Below, piece after piece: positions 40,133 through 52,200 of a stretch of 64,000 bases of DNA (positions are counted from its first letter, which is position 1; each line of letters starts with the position of its first letter). A program made the position numbers and the translations under genes. Under the pieces are notes generated by a model that saw only the letters and a program-made list of their open reading frames with translations, was not told where the DNA came from and made no database searches. Source of the stretch: Macrostomum lignano (taxonomy: Eukaryota). Where the stretch lies: assembly GCA_002269645.1 (NCBI GenBank), contig NIVC01001454.1, positions 1-64,000 of the forward strand. The letters run 5' to 3'.

Positions 40133-40140
40133 CACCTGTA

Positions 40141-40177
<37 letters not shown>

Positions 40178-40185
40178 CACCTGTA

Positions 40186-40226
<41 letters not shown>

Positions 40227-40263
40227 CACCTGTATATCTATCTATCTATCTATCTCACCTGTA

Positions 40264-40300
<37 letters not shown>

Positions 40301-40308
40301 CACCTGTA

Positions 40309-40349
<41 letters not shown>

Positions 40350-40403
40350 CACCTGTATATCTATCTATCTCACCTGTATATCTATCTATCTATCTCACCT
40401 GTA

Positions 40404-40440
<37 letters not shown>

Positions 40441-40448
40441 CACCTGTA

Positions 40449-40485
<37 letters not shown>

Positions 40486-40576
40486 CACCTGTATATCTAT
40501 CTATCTATCTATCTCACCTGTATATCTATCTATCTATCTATCTCACCTGTATATCTATCTATCTATCTCACCTGTA

Positions 40577-40613
<37 letters not shown>

Positions 40614-40679
40614 CACCTGTATATCTATCTATCTATCTATCTATCTCACCTGTATATCTATCTATCTATCTCACCTGTA

Positions 40680-40712
<33 letters not shown>

Positions 40713-40720
40713 CACCTGTA

Positions 40721-40777
<57 letters not shown>

Positions 40778-40822
40778 CACCTGTATATCTATCTATCTAT
40801 CTATCTATCTATCTCACCTGTA

Positions 40823-40859
<37 letters not shown>

Positions 40860-40929
40860 CACCTGTATATCTATCTATCTATCTATCTATCTATCTCACC
40901 TGTATATCTATCTATCTATCTCACCTGTA

Positions 40930-40966
<37 letters not shown>

Positions 40967-40974
40967 CACCTGTA

Positions 40975-41027
<53 letters not shown>

Positions 41028-42914
41028 CACCTGTATATCTATCTATCTATCTATCTATCTGTGTATCTATCTAATCTATCTACCTGCAGCTGTCGACAGC
41101 TCCCCGCTCATTCACTTACCTGAGTGGCATAGATTTGATGTCGTGATTTTAGCGATCTTCGTCGCTGATCGATCACGTTAGAGCGCTGCGAGATCGTCTC
41201 GTCGTAGGCGCTCAGTATGGGTGACCGACGCTCCGGGACCGACATAAAGCCCAGCGACATCACGTAGCGAAGGAAGCTGCTCTGCATGTGACTGCTTAGC
41301 AGGGAGGCGAATTCGCAGCGTCGTTGCCTGCCTGCAGATGGGTGGAATCGAACATGCACAGATGCACTCCTGCCTCACCCACCTCACTCCTCTGCCTCAC
41401 CCACCCACCACACCCTCTGTCTCACACACCCCACCCCCTGCCTCACCCACCTCACTCCCCTGCCTCACCCACCCACCACACCCTCTGTCTCACACACCCC
41501 ACCCCTGCCTCACCCACCTCCCTCCCCTGTCTCACCCACCTCACTTCCCTGCCTCAACCACCCCACACCCTCTGTCTCACACACCCCACCCCCTGCCTCA
41601 CCCACCTCACTCCCCTGCCTCACCCACCCACCACACCCTCTGTCTCACACACCCCACCCCCTGCCTCACCCACCTCCCTCCCCTGCCTCACCCACCTCAC
41701 TCCCCTGCCTCAACCACCCCACTCCCCTGCCTCACCCACCCCACCCCCTGCCTCACCCACCTCACTCTCCTGTCTCACCCACCCCACTCCCCTGCCTCAC
41801 CCACCCCACCCCCTGCCTCACCCACCCCACCCCCTGCCTCACCCACCGGCCACCCCAACCCCTGCCTCACCCACCTCACTCCCCTGCCTCACCCACCCAC
41901 CACACCCTCTGTCTCACACACCCCACCCCTGCCTCACCCACCTCCCTCCCCTGTCTCACCCACCTCACTCCCCTGCCTCAACCACCCCACTCCCATGCCT
42001 CACCCACCCCACCCCCTGCCTCACCCACCTCACTCTCCTGTCTCACCCACCCCACTCCCCTGCCTCACCCACCCCACCCCCTGCCTCACCCACCCCACCC
42101 CCTGCCTCACCCACCCCACCCCCTGCCTCACCCACCGGCCACCCCAACCCCTGCCTTACCCACCCTACATCCCCTGCCTCACCCACCCCACTCCCCTGCC
42201 TCACCCACCCTACATCCCCTGCCTCACCCACCCCACCCCCTGCCTCACCCACCGGCCACCCCACTCCCCTGCCTCACCCACCCCACCCCCTGCCTCGGCT
42301 CACCCACCAGATAAGTAGGCGATTTGGCTGTCCATCTCGTGGTACATGAGGCGAAAGATGACGTGAAAAATGGGCTCGACCTGGCCGTCAACTAAGTCCT
42401 GCTTGATGCCCAGTCGCTTGTACACCAGGCCAACCAGGGGTACGTTTACAACGTTGACCGCATTGCACATGAAGTACAGGCTCCACTGCATGCACAACAG
42501 GTAGGACAGACACACCTGTGATTGTTTAGAGACAGGTGTTTTGTTAATCACTCGCGACTGTATGACTTTAATTAATTAATGCAATGATGTCGTTAATTAT
42601 TGCTAGTAAATTATGCATGAAACTTGCGTGAAAAGCTGAGCTGTGCTCCTGCATGTTGATCAGGCTGAGAAAGGCTGGTAATGACCTCGTGTGAATTAGC
42701 AGCTGCAGAAACATCATATTGCTGTGCATTTTGAAGCCGAGGCGCTTCACTGCGGTGCGGTGATTTGAGTTATTAATTAGTTTATTGATTGATTGATTGA
42801 ATAATTGATTATTCATCGTTTGACTGATTCATTGATTTATTAATACATTGATTGATTGATTGATCGTATTATTGATTAATTTATTGATTGATTGTTATTT
42901 GATAATTTATCATT

Positions 42915-42954
<40 letters not shown>

Positions 42955-44836
42955 AAATTGATAAATTGATTGATGATTCATGATTTGATTGAGTAATTAA
43001 TTGCTTGACCGATTGATGATGGATTGATTGATTGATTGATGAATTAATTAATTGATTGATTTTATTGATTGATTTATTGATTGATTGATATTTGATAAAT
43101 TATCATTCCATTGATTGATTGATAGATAAATTGAATGATTGATTGATAGATTGATTGATTGATTGATAAATTGATTGATTGATTGATAAATTGATTGATT
43201 GATTGATTATTCATCATTTGCTTGAGTAATTAAATGCTTGACGGATTGATGGATTGATTGATGGATTGATTGATTAATTGATTAATTGATTGATGAATTA
43301 ACTAATTGATTCATTCATTCATGATTTGTGATTTGACTAATTGGTGATTGATGATTCATCATTTGATTGATTGATTGACCAGTCTCACCCAGGAAGTAGG
43401 CCACCATAGTGCTTAAAATCCTGGACAGAATGCTAACCGCAAGGAACAGGAGCACCAGCTTCCAGGACACGTATTTCCACAGGAAGCGATTCTCCACCGA
43501 TCCGAACACGAACCCGATAGACAGCGAGCCGAAAAAGCCAAGCAACTTTGACGTTTTGGCCAGCATTGATTTGTAGGAGATCTTGCTGGCCTCCGACATG
43601 TTGTGAATGCAGAATGTGCTCTGAATGAGCTCGCAGGATATGCTTCTGCCGCGAGGGGGGTGGAGGCAGCTGCGAGTCAGGCTCTGTGCTCGTTCCTCTC
43701 ATACACTTCTCTCACTCTCTCCGTCTCACTCTCTCCCTGTCTCCCTGTCTCCCTGTCTTCCTGTCTCCCTGTCTCACTCTCTCTCTGTCTCACTCTCTCC
43801 CTGTCTCACTCTCTCTCTGTCACACTCGCTCTCTGTCTCACTTTCTCCCTGTCTCACTCTCTCTCTCTGTCACACTCGCTCTCTGTCTCATTGTCTCACT
43901 CTCTCCCTCTCTCATTGTCTCACTCTCTCCCTGTCTCACTCTCTCCCTGTCTCACTCTCTCCCTGTCTCACTCTCTCCCTGTCTCACTCTCTCCCTGTCT
44001 CACTCTCTCCCTGTCTCACTCTCTCCCTGTCTCACTCTCTCCCTGTCTCACTCTCTCCCTGTCTCACTCTCTCCCTGTCTCACTCTCTCCCTGTCTCACT
44101 CTCTCCCTGTCTCACTCTCTCCCTGTCTCACTCTCTCCCTGTCTAACTCTCTCCCTGTCTCACTCTCTCTCTCTCTGTCACACTCGCTCTCTGTCTCACT
44201 CTCTCCCTGTCTCACTCTCTCCCTGTCTCACTCTCTTCCTGTCTCACTCTCTCCCTGTCTCACTCTCTCCCTGTCTCACTCTCCATTTTTCACAACCGAT
44301 GAGCAACGCAGGCACTCACGCAATGATAGGTGACAATCCCATTTTCTGAGCGACAGTGTACGATATGTAGTTGGAGCATGGCAGCACAACCATTTCTTGC
44401 TGCACGTGAAGAAAGCTGGAGTGCTTGGTCACGTAGCTGCTTAACAAGCCAGCCGTCAGGCCCAGCATCACGGAAACCATTGGAACAAACAGAGCTCGTT
44501 TTAGTACGGCAACGGATGTGCTGCCAATGCTCAGATTGGTGTCGTTGCTCAGGTCTACCGCTATTTGTCTGCGATTGTGGGGGCGCGATTGGCTTATTTT
44601 TATCTATTAGATCTGCTGGATGTTCTCCGAGCCGCCATTAGAACCGATCTTTTGTCACTCTTTCTCTCACTCTCTTCCTCGCTCACTCTCTTCCTCTTCC
44701 TCTCACTCTCTCTCACTCTCTTCCTCTCTCACTCTCTCCCTCTTCCTCTCACTCTCTCTTTCACTCCCTCCCTCTCTCACTCTCTCACTCTTTCCCTCTC
44801 TCTCTCTCACTCCCTCCCTCTCTCCCTCTCACTCTT

Positions 44837-44900
<64 letters not shown>

Positions 44901-44917
44901 CTCACTCTCTCACTCTT

Positions 44918-44993
<76 letters not shown>

Positions 44994-47615
44994 ACTCTCT
45001 TCCTCTCTCACTCTCTTCCTCTTCCTCTCACTCTCTATCACTCTCTCTCTTTCACTCCCTCCCTCTCTCACTCTCTCACTCTCTCACTCTCTCTCTCACT
45101 CTCTCCCTCTCTCTCTCTCTCTCTCTCACTCTCTCACTCTCTTCCTCTTCCTCTCACTCTCTATCACTCTCTCTCTCTTTCACTCTCTCCCTCTCTCACT
45201 CTCTCACTCTCTCTCTCTCTCACACTCTCTCCCTCTCTCTCTCTCTCTCTCTTTCACTCTCTTCCTCTCTCACTCTCTTCCTCTTCCTCTCACTCTCTAT
45301 CACTCTCTCTCTCTCTTTCACTCCCTCCCTCTCTCACTCTCTTCCTCTTCCTCTCACTCTCTCACTCTCTCACCTCTCCCTCTCACTCTCTCACTCCCTC
45401 CCTCTCTCACTCTCTCACTCTTTCCCTCTCTCTCTCTCTCTCACTCTCTCACTCTCTCACTCTCTCACCTCTCCCTCTCACTCTTTCACTCTCTCACTCT
45501 TTCCCTCTCTCTCTCACTCTCTCACTCTCTCACTCTCTCACCTCTCCCTCTCACTCTTTCACTCTCTCACTCCCTCCCTCTCTCACTCTCTCACCTCTCC
45601 CTCTCAGTCTTTCACTCCCTCCCTCTCTCGCTCTCTCACTTTCTCCTTCTCCCTCTCCCTCTCCCTCTCAGAAGAGAGGAGATACGAAAGAAGAGAGCTG
45701 AGAAGAGACTCAAGCTTTTTTAGCTGTTGTGAAGTTTTTATGGACCCCAGGGCCGGTTAGAGCGGCTTCTGCCAGCCTCTGGTCCAAAATCAATTTGGCT
45801 GTTTACTCCTATCTCTGTCTCCCTTCGCTGCCTTCTGATTGGCTCTTCAGTCTCGCCTCGCCTTCTTATCAGCATCCAGCTGGCCCCACCCAGTTGATGC
45901 TAAAAATAGAATACGAGCTCAGTGTTACTTGTCCTGTTCTTCTGTACATGACTCAATACTTGTAGCAATTTTTGGCGGTCACCTGAGCTCCAAAGCGTAG
46001 GACATTGACACGAGACCGTAACTGGACAAAAACCCTCTCATCTGACAATTGCCTCGAATCTCGGGGAAGTTATGAACGCACAAGTACGAGTCGACCATGG
46101 CCAAAGAGGAGCCAATATACAGCGCGTACATCACTTGGTGAAAATCGAACTTGGTACTTTTCGTAGATAAGTAACCATTAGATTGGGTGACGACGTAAGC
46201 TGTTAAAGCGTAACGATAAGGTCGTGGAAATAGTCTATGCGATTTCTAGTAAATAAAGCTGAAATTACCCGCAAAGAGGGGCTTTGAGAGGACTACCTTG
46301 TATTTTATATAGCTTTGTGAGCCAGCCATTCACCTGTACGAGTGACCTTGAGCTTTGGGAGCCAGCCTCCTGTGACCTTCAGCTTTGAAAACTTCTACGT
46401 GTGGCCTTGAGTTTCGAGAATCTCTGTGTGACCTTGAGCTTCGAGAATCTCTACGTGTGACCTTGAGCTTCGAGAATCTCTACGTGTGACCTTGAGCTTC
46501 GAGAATCTCTACGTGTGGCCTGGAGTTTCGATAATCTTTACGTATGACCTTGAGCTTCGAAAATCTCTACGTGTGACCTTGAGCTTCGAGAATCTCTACG
46601 TATGACCTTGAGCTTCGAGAATCTCTACGTGTGGCCTGGAGTTTCGATAATCTTTACGTATGACCTTGAGCTTCGAAAATCTCTACGTGTGACCTTGAGC
46701 TTTGAGAATCTCTACGTATGACCTTGAGCTTCGAGAATCTCTACGTGTGACCTTGAGCTTCGAGAATCTCTACGTGTGGCCTGGAGTTTCGATAATCTTT
46801 ACGTATGACCTTGAGCTTCAAAAATCTCTACGTGTGACCTTGAGCTTTGAGAATCTCTACGTATGACCTTGAGCTTCGAGAATCTCTACGTGTGGTCTGG
46901 AGTTTCGAGAATCTCTACGTGTGACCTTGAGCTTCGAGAATCTCTACGTGTGACCTTGAGCTTCGAGAATCTCTACGTGTGATCTTGAGCTTCAAGAATC
47001 TCTACGTGTGACCTTGAGCTTCGAGAATCTCTACGTGTGACCTTGAGCTTCGAGAATCTCTACGTGTGATCTTGAGCTTCAAGAATCTCTACGTGTGATC
47101 TTGAGCTACAAGAATCTCTACTCGAGACCTTTACCTCATAGTTACATAAGACATTGTTAAAATTTGCGACAAGTAACGATCAGAGACTTAATTAGTTATG
47201 CGAGCAACTCACCTAGAACAGATCCAACAATGAGCAAAACGCACAGCGCAGTCTTGAGTATGGCAAAGGTGATGGTCATTCGCAACTGTTTCCTTGTAGA
47301 CTGCACGCACAACTTACTGGCCGGGTACATGATGAGAAACGGCAGTATATTGTTGTCGAAATTGTTCCACGGCAGAAAGAACTGCGCCAAACTCTTCAAT
47401 GATCGGCTGGTGCCAAAGAGCAGGCCGAAGGTCATTCCAATCAAGGAATTGCAGACTGTCTCGTTAAAGAAGACGTACAAACGATTGTTGATGATGCTCA
47501 TGTAGACTATGCCCCATACAAGGAATAGGAATATTACTACTATAGTTGTCTGTATGTCTTCATGATGTGTGAACATGAACGCATAGGACTTGGAGTGATG
47601 CTCAGTCTCACCCAT
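39814..47615 (-). CDS. Divergent SLC9/NHE (CPA1)-fold membrane protein, about 589 aa; complement join(47615..47213,46199..45983,44568..44320,43645..43389,42749..42628,42515..42308,41331..41120,39915..39814)
   Basis: All junctions phase-compatible, one being GC-AG. Gap-free visual alignment to human NHE1 segments: [19 protein letters not shown] (LFGSIISAVDPV..FEEIHIN); [22 protein letters not shown] (AFTSRFT..AYLSAELFHLSGIMA); [12 protein letters not shown] (ANISHKSHTTIK); LSRIL (IARVL); HTRSLPAF (GLRGAIAF); [13 protein letters not shown] (LDHLLTGIEDICG). Confidence 0.85.
40045..41082. repeat. (CTAT)n microsatellite interrupted about 25 times by CTCACCTGTATA, last NHE-like intron
   Basis: Direct reading. 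Confidence 0.96.
41365..42300. repeat. C-rich minisatellite (CCCTGCCTCACCCACC core), NHE-like intron
   Basis: Direct reading. Confidence 0.93.
42770..43380. repeat. Degenerate (ATTG)n microsatellite, NHE-like intron
   Basis: Direct reading. Confidence 0.9.
43705..44283. repeat. 16-bp CT-rich repeat (CTCTCTCCCTGTCTCA)n, NHE-like intron
   Basis: Direct reading. Confidence 0.94.
44655..45670. repeat. (CT)n-rich low-complexity tract, NHE-like intron
   Basis: Direct reading. Confidence 0.95.
46340..47122. repeat. 29-bp minisatellite (GTGTGACCTTGAGCTTCGAGAATCTCTAC)n, NHE-like intron
   Basis: Period 29. Confidence 0.94.
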
Positions 47616-47967
47616 GATGATGTCCGAAGGTCTGGTGAGTTTTCAGTCAAAATTGAAATTAATTATTTAGACAAAAAATCCTAGGCCATGACTTTCACAA
47701 GTTTTCGATATTTCAATAGCCATGGCTTTCACGCTTCTAGAAGTTGCTACAGAAATGGCTTATGAGCGATTTGTCTATGGTAAACCGGCAGCACCCGGTG
47801 CAGATCGGCAGATCCTCTGTGCACTTACTGACCTTTATTACGCCACTGTAAGAAATATAAAAACCATTTAGTCTTTGAGGAATTAGAAATGAAGTGACTT
47901 AAAACAATTCAAATGAAAATAACACTGTAGCTGATAATGAAGTGTCTAGAAGTGACGCTACTAGAGG

Positions 47968-48045
47968 GGAACCGTAGCCTAGTGGTCCAGCGATGATGTC
48001 CCAGTCTGATGTCCCAGCGGCCCAGGCTCGATTCCAAGTGCAGTC
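47968..48045 (+). pseudogene. tRNA-like Pol III relic or SINE head
   Basis: A-box-like TAGCCTAGTGG (47975-47985), B-box-like GGCTCGATTCC (48025-48035) and an internal about 13-nt duplication; no credible full cloverleaf. Confidence 0.4.
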
Positions 48046-49252
48046 ATTAAATATTGGGCCAAATTGGAATCTCGGCTTGGCTCTGCTCGTGCAATTAACG
48101 GCCTTGAGAGCCAACCCCAAAGACACAGTGACGTGTACATGCCTAACGATAATTAAAGTTAGGGCCGCTGTACACTCCTGTGTGAATGAGTGCCTGTGCG
48201 TATGACTGCGGAGGTATCCGCGCGCTTCTGTGCCTGCTCAGGGGAGTCGGCAAAATGGGCAGCAATGCCTCTTGCCGGTTGTGTGACAATGTCGCTTAAA
48301 GTAAAGTAGTACTAGAAGCGACTGGAAATGAAGCGACTGGAAATGAAGCGACTGGAAATGAAGCAACCAACAGAAATAGAAGCAACACAGGAAACTGTCA
48401 AGGAATAGAATGGTGTATTTTTAGTAATGAAATTTTAGTAATGAAATTACTCATTTTTCCTAATGGTTTGATGGCAAGTGTCCATTTGAATAAACATGGC
48501 TTGAGGCAGAAGATTCCAGTATTTTCTAGAATGTCGACGAAGTGGCCGCGTGGTTCTATGGCTTTTACCATAGACAACTAGCAACAATCCTTTCCCGACG
48601 TGCACTTTACGGAATTTATAGTTGAAACTATGCTTTATTAGCCATTATGCACAAAATATGTCTCGAGAAGGCAAATTCTTATGCCTACAAACTAAAGTAA
48701 GGGCCGTGGCTGCATTGTACATGTACTTTTAAGACAAAAAACAATAACGCTGCAAAACTACACATAAAGCTGGCAAACAGACGGACGGAGTTAAGTCTCT
48801 AAAAATAATGAGCGCAACAGCCTATGCATGGCTCCTGACTGTTTTTGAGAAGTCGCTGTGTACAAAAAATTGAGCCTAGGAGAGTTTGAAGACTCATATA
48901 GCATTATAGCGTCGTACTGTGCATTGAATTTCGCTCAAGTTTAAAAAATAAGTCTGCTCTACCCCTGACGAGACAAACAGAAAGACAGAAGAGAGAAGGA
49001 AATAAGGAGACAGAGAGATACTCGCAGAAATAGGCTGAGCAGCAAATAAGATCACATTAAACCGCATACCATTGTAGTGCATTCGTGACGCCAAAACTGA
49101 CTGCCCAGTGCGCTCACAACTATTTATTTTCATTACTTTTTTCAACAGCATTGCGAGAGCATCAGCGATAAAAAAGAAGCCAGAAAAACTCGTTGACAAT
49201 TTTTTGCGAGTCTGCCAGAGCTCACAGCAATAAGCTCCTATTCAACTTGGCA

Positions 49253-52200
49253 ATGCAGCAGCGACCCAATGGGGCCAACCATCTGTCTGTCGCCACTGTG
49301 CCAGAGACGTTCCGCAGGTCGGTCAGATCCAACGCCAGTATCCAGGCCCCGGCGTCAGAGGCTGTAGCGGCTTCCGCTGTCTCGCCAGCGACTGCCAACA
49401 AGCCGAAGTCTTCCAAGGTGGTCCGCATCAACTCTATAGAAAATCCGTTTACTCAGCTGCGCGATCGGCAGGCTCACGATCGAGCGGAGAGCGCGGCAGG
49501 TCGCAGCTCCGAGCATCGGTCGGCATCCTTTGATCAGCTGGCCCTGCTGTACGCCATGGGCCTCACCCTGTTTGGCTTTGTCTTTCCGCTATCAAACTAT
49601 GTCAGCTTGGAGCCCTTCTCAGCTTGGTACCTGGCAGGCTTCTACATCATCTTGTACCTGGTTTCTATCGCCTTTCTCGTCTTCTTTCTTGCCTGGGTAT
49701 TGAGACGACCGCCGCATATTTTGTTCCTATCGGACTCGGAGAGACGGCGCTACCAGCAAGAGCTTGATCAGAATCAGCAGCATCACAATCATCATCGACC
49801 GGGTCCGGTGACTTTTCACGTCGGGATGAATGGGTCTATGGACTCCGACGAAGAGGTCTGTGATCTGATCTGCTCGTAGATTGGTATTAGAACTCGAAGT
49901 CGCAGTTCTGTGGTTACTTAGTTTGTGCTGGGAACTCATGGAGTCGTAGCCCTGTGGTTACTTAGTTTGTGCTGGGAACTCATGGAGTCGTAGCCCTGTG
50001 GTTACTTAGTTTGTGCTGGGAACTCATGGAGTCGTAGCCCTGTGGTTACTTAGTTTGTGCTGGGAACTCATGGAGTCGTAGCCCTGTGGTTACTTAGTTT
50101 GTGCTGGGAACTCATGGAGTCGTAGCCCTGTGGTTACTTACGCACGTAGTCTACGCTAGCAATTCATATTCCTAGTGTGCTTCATACGACGTATATAAAA
50201 TTTTAGGTGTCTTAATATGAGCCACGTCTCCTAAGTAGCTAGTGCCCAGATTCTGAATTCAAAATGTAAAATCTAATTTCATTTTCAGGACAGCGGAAAT
50301 GACAACAAAGCGTTTGAAGCTAACAAGGAGGTAATGAATTTCATTAAGCACTTTTACTCCGGAGTTTATTCGAATCCGGGTTTAATATTATTAACTGTAA
50401 TAAGTCATCGCTTCATCACTCCTAATTAAAATATCCCCCGATTCTAGACCACAAAGGAGTCGACCGCTGCATCATATCTGCCCCCAGCCCCAGTTTCCGG
50501 TGTGGCCTGCATCGAACTGCACGAACCAGGAGCCAGTGAGAGTCCGGAACTGCCTGACAGGTGAAATAATTAAGGCTCATTTTCACGTATATCAGTGAGC
50601 AGAGTTGATTGCCCTCAGAGATTTTAGTTGGCTTAGTGGTACATTTTTTGTAATTGTTATGTCCTGCTTCTTAAGGATAAATCCTTGATGATAGATGCTC
50701 TCATCTGTACTCATCTGATAAGAATCTGTACGCTTGACATCCCAGAATCGCATGATATCCAACTCGGTAATTTGTCAAAGAAGTTTTATTCCTAAACTCT
50801 CTGTTGATAGCTTTCTGTTTTTCTCTTCAAAGCTAGTTCCAAAGCGTGAAGGAATGTAGATTAGGTACATTTTCCGGTATATTTGATCGAGATTAAAGTC
50901 CCTATCTACCAGTCTATCGAAAAAATCCTATTTCCTAGAATCGACTCCATCAGCAACGGCTCGTCCAACCGCAGCAGCACTGTCTTTGACCAGCAGACAA
51001 CGGTGAATTCGGCGTATTCGGACGCAACAACCGCATTCTCGGTCGCTACGGCAGCCGCCGCCGCTCGCCGTCGGCGAAACGGCGCTGCCGGCGGCGCTGG
51101 CCACGGCGGCGGCAGTAGGCGTCGTATGGGCGATCGGATCAACTCGACGCTGCTGCAGAACGCCCGGGAATTTGGCGTCCAAGAGATCCCAGCTTGTTCA
51201 GTGCTGTCGCTGCAGGAGTCGCACTCGCCCTCGTTCTTCCTCCGGGTTGCCTGCTTCATCTTCGGCGCCTTGAAGATGACACACGAGACCCTGATGATTG
51301 TAGACTGCATGGCGGATATCACTGGCCACTGCGCCTACAAGAAGGTCAGCGATTCCGTTGCCAAGGTGCTTCAGTACACGCTCAGCATCATTTTCACCGT
51401 GTTGCAGACCTTCTTTCTCTTTAAATACAGCAAAGTTTCAGTGAACATCTACAGAAATGTAAGTTTACTTAGTGCAGTTTTCTTAGAACAACCTTTCATC
51501 TCTGATTCGTATAAATTTGCTAGAAAAAAACGAATTTCAAACTCCGCCACACACAGCTCTCTGTGCTGGGCTTCATGCACCTGTTAGCTACCAACATGTG
51601 CGTTTGGTTCCAAGCGATCCTGCTGGAAACGAGTCATAGTACAAATAATCATTCGGGTGGCAGCGACCACGGCGACGGAGACCACGGCAGTAGCAGTTAC
51701 AGCAGCAATGATACATACTCGAATGCCAGCACAACTGCACACAGTGTTGGAAGCTCTTGCTCAAAAGACGTCTTCTGGAGGATGGCGCCCTACCTGTTTC
51801 CATTCACTATCGAGTACGCGCTGATGGCGGCGTTCACCTGTTTCACTCTGTATCGAAACGTTAGCAAATTTCTGGACGTCATTCAGTCCAAAGGCTTCAA
51901 CGTGGCCAAGAAGTGTCTGAGAAATCGCAAACGTTCGCAGACTAGCTTCTCCGCCAGCTGCTACAAAACTGACAAAGGCTTCTTCCTTGGCGCTTTTCTG
52001 CTCATTCTGGGCATCGTGTCCGGGATCTACTTCACCGTGTACGTCAACGACAAGCCAGACGATGCCGTTACAAGCCAATTAATCTATCAGATCACAGACC
52101 TGGTACTGCTGACAGTTAATCTAGTGCTGTGCGCCATTGCGAATGCCAAAATGCGCAAGTTGACTCTGCTACAACGGGCTGGCACGGGACCAGACTCCTG

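Noticed and set aside
49908-50140. CRISPR-like regular array (also considered for the 29-, 31-, 34- and 40-bp arrays)
   Set aside because: Units are head-to-tail with no unique spacers, there are no cas genes, and the context is a eukaryotic intron.
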